Source: the human T2T-CHM13v2.0 reference genome, Homo sapiens | Assembly: GCF_009914755.1 (NCBI RefSeq) | Contig: NC_060943.1 | Reading direction: 5' to 3' (one strand) | DNA: 64,000 nt | In this document: one piece after another, positions 46,741 through 64,000 of the stretch | Numbering within the stretch: position 1 is the stretch's first letter | How the letters are laid out: every line of letters starts with the position of its first letter | The notes under the pieces: generated by a model | Told to the model about the DNA's origin: nothing | Databases searched by the model: none | Seen by the model: the letters and a program-made list of their open reading frames with translations, nothing else | Position numbers and translations under genes: made by a program

Positions 46741-49700
46741 ATAGGCAACTTGCTTAGCAAGGTTTGCCCCCATCCTGCTCGCATGCCTGGCCATGCTATC
46801 ATGCACTCGTTCAACCTGACCCAGCGTGCTCCCCCTTCTGGCTGGGATCACTCCACTTTGGCTTTTTCCCTGGTAGTTCTACCAGGATCCTGGTGTCATA
46901 TACCCCTAAAGGACAGTATCCCATCAGGAAACCTCAGTGTTCCTCTCTGGCGATCCTAAGGGGACTCTCTGAAAATGACATTGCTGTCTGCTTGTACCAC
47001 AAAGTGGCCACTCCAGAATGACAAAGATCCCTCCTCCAAGGCACAAATGGACTCTCCTCCCTCGTCACCTCTAAGACCTGGGACAGCCACTCACACCTCC
47101 CCCCAGATCCTTGCTTAAAGGAGACCAAGAAGAAGATACCAGGGGCATGAAGGAAATGGATACTGAAGGAGGAAGATCCTCAGTGTGGGAGAAGACGCAG
47201 TTAGAGAAAAGGGGCCCCTATAGCAGTGGGAGAGTACCATCAGCATCTAGGTCCCTAGCAACCAGCAGTAGCATCACATATTTGGGAGCAGTCCTGAACC
47301 CCTGAAGATAAGCCTCTATTCCAATCACTCAGAAGACAGCTGAGGTTAGATTTTACAGATGTCTTCTATGAGTTCGTTCACAAAAGATCATGCCATCACC
47401 AGCCCAGATAGTCCTGCCTGCTAGAGGCTTCCTGCCTCTTCATGGCAGTGAAGGAGGTGCAGCAGCGCTGTATGGCCAGCCACATTCTCCTTCCTGCTGC
47501 CAGAGAAAGGAAGAGCTTGATGAAGGCCATTATCAACTCAGCTCTCCAGCCACATTGAAGTCAAAGACAGCAACTCACAGAGGAAAGCTTTCAGATACTC
47601 TGTCAATGAGAAATTCTCCACTCACATCTGCCAGTTGTAGTCTCTGTAAACAGAAATTGTCAGTGCCCCTGCTGCTGCCATTGCTGCCCCCATTGCCACT
47701 GTTGTGAGAGTGAGGAGAGCTGCCCCCATCTCCTACCTTCCCTGCATAGTTACTGCAGAAGACCTTAGCTTGGAGAACCCTGAACACGAAGGGAACCTCA
47801 GGGTGGGAGAATAATTCTCAGGTCCCTTCAGACAGCGTAGCAGCTCAGCCTTCCTGTTCTCCCTACCTGCTGTGGAGGCCACAGATCCTTTGCCATTGGT
47901 CACCTTTTCCTTGCAGATTCCAGAAACTACCAAATTAGCAGTCACTGACTTGGCTGGCCTGTTAGGCCACTCATACTCTCTGACCCTGTACCTACACACA
48001 CATCAGATACTGATCATGAAATGAGATGCACAGTTCCTGACTCTCCTTTTGCTCTTCCTGCTATTTCTCACTTTGGATTCCAACCTATATTTGCTATTCC
48101 ACTTAATAATGAGAACAGGGGCCCTCTGCATTCCAGTCCCTCGGTCATACTTGCGGGATCCTCTACTTCTGCCTAACCCACACGTCCTAGAACTTTCTCC
48201 CTCTCCTTAAAGCTTACCTTCTGCAGAATGGAGTCATATACACCTGTGCAGGTGGATTCTCCTCCCCTTTTCTTACAGACCCCTCCTCAAGTTGCTTGCA
48301 CCAGTACCCCTGTCTTTACCAGCCAACCCATCACTGCTTCTGCAGTCACTTCTAGCATGCCAGGCAGCCTGTCTGCAGACTGGACTTCCCAGCCTGCCTG
48401 GACTGTGTTATAATTGATGTGGATAGTACTCTTCCTTCCAAGCTTTCTTCTTCAGGTCTCCCTCAAGATCCGGGGTGAGCTTCCTCCCATTGGACCAGGC
48501 CCATCCCAGTGTGGAGCGGATATCCCCTGCAAAGGCCATCATCCCCACCAGCCCACCTGCTTTTATGGTCAGCAGCCCTACTTGAACTTCTAAGCTTGCT
48601 TTTGATTCAGGAAACACTTACCAGCTGAAATCTGGGGGTCCTGATTCAGGGCCTTGCCAGAGAACCACTCCCCCCAGTGCCCTGTCTTTTCTGGCCCACC
48701 TACCACTGATTCTGCAGTCACCTCCACTCCAGTATACAACCCGTCTTCAGACTTGGTGTCTCCGCCTGACTTTGCCTCTAAGGAAATCAACATGGGTACC
48801 ATGCCCATGTCCCCATCTGTTATCATCCTGTCTCTCCCTGCAATGTTAACAGCTGTTTCCCTTTGAGAAACCTGCCAGCCCCTGAAAACCCTTCACACTT
48901 AACCTCTACTGCAGCCCTAGAACCCAATGGCAGCACAACTCAGTTGGCTTTTGGGAACTAAACACTCCCGTGTCCACTTTGGCATCAATGTCAGCATTCA
49001 GGCAGCCCATGGTGGTGCCTCGGGTGTTTTACCCATTGGTGTGGACACTCTTACTCTTGCCATGAAATGCTACCAGAAAGCACAACACTGAGGACTGTTG
49101 CTCATTTCTTGCTGATGCCAATCCAAGCCAATTTGTATTTGTGGGATCTGAAGCCCTTATGGATAGCAAAAGCTTTGGGGTCATTGGGTCTACCACGCAG
49201 AGTCTACCACCACATCTAGATCGCTTAGCTTTGGAGCAAAATGGCTGGGGGACAGCCAGTACCACAGCTCATGATGGGGGAGGCTTAGACCTGAGCGCCA
49301 GGGTCCTGTCAGCCCTGATGCACTCCTGCTGCAATTGGAGAAGCCGGCACTGCTGAGAGCAAATCAAATCTGCCCTGGGAAACACTTTCCTTCCCACCTG
49401 TAGTTAGAGCACCTGGTGCCAGCCCAGCCAAAACACGCCTACTACTACTGGAAGATTTGTGATCACTGAGAAGGAGTGTTTCAGAAGACATGGCTGTTCC
49501 CCCTTTTGTTCAGATCACCTGGGACCTGTTTGGCCAGAGCACTTGTGTTCCAGTGGAAGGGACCAGCACCATACCTGTGCTGAGATCCTTCTCTTCCTGC
49601 CCCAGTCAAGCCACCTGGGGCACACCTAACTAAAGTACACCTGTTGCAGTCTAAGGGACCAGCACTGCATCTATGCTCGGATGCCTTTATGTTCCTACCT

Positions 49701-50640
49701 ATAGCCAGAACACCTGAATCCCACCTGTCCAGGGCACGTGTGTTGCAATGGAAGGGGCCAACATCATACCTATTTTTAGAGAGTCTTCTCTTCCTGCATA
49801 TGGTCTAAGTACTGGGGCCCACCTGGCCAGAGCAAACCTGCTGGAGATACCTGCACCACTGAGAAGAAATGCATGCCACGTGATATATCTGTTCATTCCT
49901 TCCATCAGACACCTAGGGCCCACCTGTGCTGTTTGAAGGGCTGGCATTTCACCTGTGATTGGAGATGCTACTGGCAGAGGACCTGGGGTACACAGTCTGG
50001 AGCACAGGTGATACACTGGGCGGAGGCAGCCCCATTCCTGGGCTCCAGGGTATTTGTATGCTCAGCATCATTGACAGCTGCTGGCGTGGTCTTGCCCAGG
50101 GCACATCTGTTACAGTCTCCCAGGAGAACACCATACATACACCTTTAGGAAGACACTTCTATTCCTGCACTCACTCACAATACCTGGGCTCTATCTAGAC
50201 AAAGTAGCCCTCTGACTTGGTGTAGTGAACACCATTGAGAAAATACCTGGCTATGGGCCAGTTTTCCATTAGTCTTAGACTGGCAGGACCCCTTGCTGCC
50301 TATAGATATCCCGTTTTGTCTTGCCCATTTGCCTTAACAAGCCCCGTTCTTTCTTTTCCAGATTGCTATACAAATATGATATAACATAGCCTTGTTCTTA
50401 TTCATTAATCCTCTGTGCTAAGCTTCAGCACTTTTGCTCCATCTTTCAGGGCAAATGTACCTCCAGCATGAGCATGGAAGCAGCAGTCTCGCTTAGGACA
50501 CATTTGTCACCTGCCCAGGCTTCCTTTGGAGGCCAAAGTTTGGGATCACCAACTCATTCATTTTCTTCTAGTGAAAGAAACAATATCTCATCAACTTTAA
50601 GCAAAAGCTATCCAGAAGTAGCTGATAGTGGTGGGGGACC
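46741..50640 (+). pseudogene. NPAP1/POM121-like intronless pseudogene, copy B (most complete copy)
   Basis: I(ATA)GNLLSK (NPAP1 begins MGNLLSK); TPKGQYPIRKPQCS; PDPCLKET; EKRGPYSSG; CKQKLSVPLLLPLLPPLPLL*E*GELPP (NPAP1 CKRKMSIPLLLPLPPSLPLLWDRGELPP); VTAEDLSLE (POM121 ITAEDLDLE); VDSPP; C-terminal SPAQASFGG. Reference sequences recalled from memory. Many stops and frameshifts. Confidence 0.88.
49410..50250 (+). repeat. Degenerate ~99-bp (33-codon) tandem array in copy B, about 8-9 units
   Basis: cacctgg-like unit starts near 49410, 49517, 49612, 49711, 49809, 49910, 49980, 50079 and 50181. Confidence 0.8.
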
Positions 50641-51039
50641 ACAGTTTGCCATAAATGGACCTTGCTCCATTAGGAAGAGGCTCCACCTCTTCTAGTTATG
50701 TCAAACAAACTTAACCTGCCCTCTATCATCCTAAAGAAAGCTGGCAGCCCAACCCTTCAGGTGTTTTGTATATATGTTAAAGGGTGTGGGTTCAGATGAG
50801 ACTGGTCAGAAGTCAACACACTGGCCTTGAGGCAGTCTACTGTGGAAAGAAGAAAAAGATCAGTAAGTATATCCACCACACCATACCCAGTTTCAACTTC
50901 TCAGTCTGGTAGAACCAAGCTATGGGCCAGTTTTCCTGCCATCTTACGCTGGCAGGACCCCTTGCTGCCTGTAGCTGCCTCCTTTGGTCCAGCCCATTTG
51001 CCTCAGTGGGCCCTTTTCTTTCTTTCCTAGACTGATAAA

Positions 51040-51154
51040 CACACACACACATATATATATACACACACATATATGTTATATGTGTATATATATATACACA
51101 CACATATAATGTATATGTATGTGTATATATATACATATATACATCACGTGTGTG

Positions 51155-51186
<32 letters not shown>
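51040..51186. repeat. (CA)/(TA)/(GA) compound microsatellite
   Basis: Direct reading. Confidence 0.95.
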
Positions 51187-52239
51187 ATGCCTTCCTTTTG
51201 TTCATTGATCCTCTCTGCTTACATGTCTTTTCTATTTTAGTCAACGGTGGAAGAAGAATTGACTTCTTTCTATAAGTGGTGCTGTGTTGAGGCAGATGTA
51301 ACTTTTCAAAGTTCTATGGCTCAGCAAATAGGAGGTGGCATAGCCACACTTTACAACTGCACAGGCTGACATCTGACATCTCTGTGTTTTGATGTAAAGG
51401 ATAGCAGCCATGAGGAAGGGAAGCTCAAAGGAGGAAGGGATGGGTGACCCTCCCTTGCCTTTTCCCTCTGTGCTCCTCTTCCATCACTCTGATTTGGTCG
51501 TACGCCAGACCACCCCCGATGTGTGTTAGGGAAACAAAATTAACAAATTTGGTTGAAAATAATTAAATGTCTCATTTGTGTCTTTCTCTTTCATTTAGAC
51601 TTAAGAAAATCATCCCCACATATTCACACCTCGACCAAAGAGGATGGGTATGGTATAGAGGCCCTTATGTCTAGAAGAAAAAAAGGAAGAAAAAGCTCAT
51701 GGCTCCTTTGTGATTATTGGAAATTTTAAGACTAGGATGTCACATATTATATAGAAGTGTTTTCATGCTCCATGAAAATTCAGAAAAGATCATTTTTTCA
51801 AGAAAATACCTAGATAAGGTCTATTTGGAAAAGTAATTGGTCTGGCTCTAGTATAAAACCCTAAAATAGCAAATTACAGTCCTTACCATTTTATCCAAAT
51901 CTAGCTGGCTGTGGAGTCCTGCTGTGTCTCCAATAGACTTAATTCCTGAAAATACAATCTTTCCTAAGATAATTCAAGGTTCAGGAGAACCAGCTGAAGC
52001 TGGGGGAAAAAGAAAAATGTAAGCATTTCCCTTAGCTTAGACATATTATTTTACTAAATACTTATTCAGAGTTGATTCTACACTAGACATTGTGCTTGAG
52101 CCTAGTGACATATAGCTGAAAGGCATCTATTGCCTCAAAGGAATTTACAATATAGTAGGAGTGATGGGTGAATATATCAAAAGTAAAATCGGAGGGGTTA
52201 CTAGTAGGGATATGGGAGCAGTAGGAACACAAAACTAAG

Positions 52240-60350
<8,111 letters not shown>

Positions 60351-62136
60351 TAGCATGACCAAGTAGGGTTTGTCTCAGATATGTAAGGTTGGTCTAACAC
60401 TCAAAATTTAAAATGTAATTCACCATATTAAGAGAACAAACAAAAAGTCATATGATTATCTCAGCTTTGGACAAAGTAATTGAAAAAAATTTTAATTCTG
60501 GATATCAATCCCTTCTCAAATATATGATTTACAAGTATTTTTTCCAATTGCCTGGGTTGTCTTTTCACTCTGTTAGATAGTGTCTTTTGATGCACAAAAC
60601 TTTTTAACATGTATTTTTTTGTGGCCTGGCATATTTGTTTTTGTAGTTATGGCAAGAGTTCTGAGATTAATTTTAATACACCTTTGACTCCAGACACAAT
60701 AGTTCACAAGCAATCATTACTTAATTTATAAAAACATCTTTTCTATGACAACATGGGTTTCAAGTAATAGTTTTATTTTTCTTTCCAACTTTTATTTTAG
60801 GTTTAGGGGAGTACATATGCAGATTTGTGACATGGGTTGAAAAAATTTAACACCTCTTTGAAAAAATTTCTCAGTATAGAAAGAATTGGAGGGAACAGCC
60901 TTTACATGATAAAGCACATCTATAAAAGCCTTAAGTTAATAGCACACTGAGCACTTTCCACCCCCCGATCAGGAGTTGGAAAAGGTTATCTATTGTCTCC
61001 ACTTGTATTAAACATTTTACTGGAGATCACAGTAACTGTAAAAGGTAAGAAAAATAAAATCATACAGATTAAAAAGAATATGCATAGAAAACATAATTGT
61101 ATATGTAGAAAACACTACCCGATATACAAAGAAACTACAAGAGATAAGAAAGGAATTTACTGAGGTGCCATATAAAAAAGCAATTATTTTTGCTGTATCC
61201 TACTACATACCAATAGACAGATAGATAGACGTAGATATATATGTGCATGTATATATACACATATATGTGAGTATGTGCATATATATACATGCATATATAT
61301 ATATATAAATGTCTATCTATATGTACACACACACATATACACAAAATGCATACCATGATAGTGGACTGGAAAAAGTTAAGTCATCCACTTAAGATGACAT
61401 TTAAGAAAGGTAAGTCATCCATTTCAACCAGGACCCTGAAAGTTGTCCATGAAATTATTACCAGAGATATTGGTGTCCATGGGGCATAGGCTTTTAAGCC
61501 AGGATAGATCCTGCACCCACCTGATGTCATCTCATGTCCTTGCACCCAGGAGGAGATGCCACACACAACTGTGTAGGTAGCTGCAAAGCTCAGTAAGAAA
61601 AGAAATGCCCAGTTTTGCTGTGCTGACAATTGTTGGTCTCTGCAAACATAGAAGGTAAGAAAGAGAAATAAAAGGCATGCAGGTGGAAAGAGAAGTAAAA
61701 CTGACTTTATTCATACATGATGCATGGAAAATACATGTAGAAAACCCAAAGGAATCTGCAAAAAAAAAAAATCTACCAAAAATAAACAATGAATTTAGCA
61801 AGATCCCAATAATATAAGGTGTGTGTGTATATATGTATGTGTGTATACAAGTACTATATATACATATATATTTAATGCATTTTCTGTGTTCTACCAATGA
61901 ACTATTTGAAAATAACATTTGCAAATCCCATAACATACTTAGGGATAAATTAGCAAAAGCTGAGTAAGACCTATACACAGAAAACTACAAAAGAGTAGCT
62001 GCAAACTTTCTCTGTAAAGGGTCAGGGAGTAAATAATATAGGTTTTATAGGTCACGTATGATCTCTGTCACATATTCTCTGGAATTTTCTGTTGTTTTTA
62101 AAGACCTTTTAAAGACGTTAACATCATTCTTAGCTA

Positions 62137-62280
<144 letters not shown>

Positions 62281-63418
62281 TTATACAAAAATTAGCCGGG
62301 CATGGTGGTGGGCGCCTGTAATCTCAGCTACTCAGAAAGCTGAAACAGGAGAATCGCTTGAACCCGGGGGTGGGTGGAGGTTGCAGTGAGCCAAGATCGT
62401 GCCACTGCACTCCAGCCTGGGTGACAGAGCGAGACTCCCTCTCAAAAATAAAAATAAAACAGACTATAGGCCACATTTGGCCCATGGGCTGAAATTTGCT
62501 GACCCTTGGTATAAAACATTGCTGAGAAAAAAAATGTAAAAGATTAAAATATATGGAGATATATCCCGTGAGATGGATTAGAAAAGTTAATATTGCTAAG
62601 TTTTCCATTTTGGCCAAACTCTGAAATCTGTTCTGTGGAATTATTACAGGAGATCCTGGTCCCTTGGGGCACAAGGATTTTAAGCCAGGGTGAATCTTGC
62701 ACCCACCTGATGTGCCATCTCCTACGCTTGCTGAGGCAGCTGTGTGGTTGGCTGCTGGGGTCCATTTGAAGAGAAAGGCCCTGTGGGATATGCTAACAAG
62801 TGGAACTCCCTGCCCTACATCGTCTGAGGAAACTGGAACCCAGCCAAAGAAGACCTTCCAGTAGGCAGTGCCTGTGATCACTGTAGGTGTGCATGGTGCT
62901 CAGTACCCTACAGGCTATAAAAAATAGTAATGCACGATGCACACATGATAAGGAGGCATCACAGTACAGGTGGTTAAATTCAGGAACTCTGGAATCCGAG
63001 AGCCTGGGTCAAATCCTGACAGGGCCACTACCACCTGTGTGAGCCAAGGAAGCTTCTAAAGTTTTACAAATGCTGTTTCACCAAATTTGCAAAATGAAGA
63101 GAACCTGCCTGCCTGGTAGAGATATTGTGGAAAGCAGCATCCAGGAAGGTCTGAGCACCTGGTCCCCAAGTCAGAAACCTTCACAGCCCAGATGGGGATG
63201 CCCTAAGTTCATACCCTTCTAGGCGACCACAGAGAAGTCCCGCCTGGCTCCAGGACTCGGAAAAGCGCTAGAGAGCTTCCTGGAGGAGGCGGCATCCTCC
63301 CATGCTACCTGCATAGAGAAGAGAGAAGGGAAACTGGGTCCTCTGTGGCGGCTGCCTGAAAGGAAGCAGCTGGGGGCTCTTGCTCCCTGCCTGTGCTGGT
63401 GTCTTCTCCCCACCTTAG

Positions 63419-64000
63419 CCCAGGCCGGCTGCAGCGGCGGGGCTGCCTGGGCGGAGTCAGGAGACAGCACCGCCCGGCCCCTCCCCAGGCACCTTCCCTG
63501 TGAGCCAGCTCCCTACCCTGGGAGGATCTGGGGAGTTCCTGCCTCTGGCTTTGGGCAAGGTCTGCCTCCAGAGTCCCCAGCTGCAAGGGCCGGCGCACCC
63601 ACGCGCACTGGTTGCCAAATCTCCCGCTTTCAGGCCAGGTGCGGAGCGCGCCTCGACAGTCCTGAACATTCTCCACTTAACGGCTGAGAGCCGCTGGGAG
63701 CCTAACGCCTGCAACCGAGTGAGCTCGAGTCCGGCTGGGGTCGGACCGTTGGACCTCCCCGTTGGCCCTTTGTTGTACTTCTTCGCGCCCTGGGCTCGCG
63801 CAAGCTTTCTCTGCCACGCGTTCCAACGGCCGCTCACCGGCATCGGGCTGAACACGGTGCGCTTCACCTCGGAGTTCCCACTCCACTCCAAGGATCCAAC
63901 AGCGCACAAGCTGCTCTTCACGGGCAACTACCTCTGCAAGCTTCACCCCCGGCCCCGCCACGCCCCGCAGGGTTCCCTGTCTGGTCTGGATCACCTCGCT
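63419..64000 (+). pseudogene. NPAP1/POM121-like copy C, 5' end (stop-free frame running off the window; coding status unresolved)
   Basis: The frame from 63419 reads ...PVGPLLYFFAPW...SKDPTAHKLLF-T(ACG 63920)-GNYLCKLHPRPR, homologous to A, B and POM121 LLLMGSYLGK; no ATG in frame. Confidence 0.75.
63420..64000. promoter_or_regulatory. CpG island / candidate promoter
   Basis: The only non-repeat stretch in the window with dense CpG and high GC; GC boxes (gggcgg, ccgccc). Confidence 0.7.

Larger units (their letters stand above)
45740..52230 (+). repeat. Duplicon B (NPAP1-like gene with flanks)
   Basis: ggcagtgcctgtg...agtaccctacag + MIR shared with A and C; 3' flank collinear with 6650-9450 (reverse complement). 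Confidence 0.85.

Noticed and set aside
49410-50250. CRISPR-like repeat-spacer array
   Set aside because: Mammalian DNA; the units are diverged along their whole length with no unique spacers, and they lie within a coding-derived region.
63457-63994. Minus-strand ORFs of 105-156 aa as genes
   Set aside because: Antisense shadows of the GC-rich NPAP1-like frame, with no recognisable homology.

Overview
Primate (probably human) intergenic DNA, dominated by Alu, L1, LTR and DNA-transposon remnants, with no intact protein-coding gene. There are two main non-repeat stories. (1) An old cluster of intronless NPAP1/POM121-family paralogs: copy A (minus, ~9.5-11.6 kb), copy B (plus, ~46.7-50.6 kb) and a CpG-rich copy C starting at the right edge. 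The first ~1.4 kb is the upstream flank of a predicted fourth copy just left of the window. The copies share flanking L1/MER58/MIR/L2 sequence, so they spread by DNA duplication. All three lack the family ATG (ACG, ATA, ACG), and A and B carry a ~99-bp (33-codon) tandem repeat expansion. (2) A decayed ABO-like (GT6) last-exon pseudogene at ~24.9-25.6 kb. Its 5' part appears to have been removed by a deletion at a chimeric, TSD-less L1 that sits inside a spliced (SpIRE97/622-type) older L1. Several short locally templated insertions and an internally reiterated chimeric Alu are also visible. From memory this fits human 19q13.11 (ABO-like pseudogene region), but this is unverified. All homologies and subfamily calls were made by eye or from recalled sequences, and repeat boundaries are approximate.
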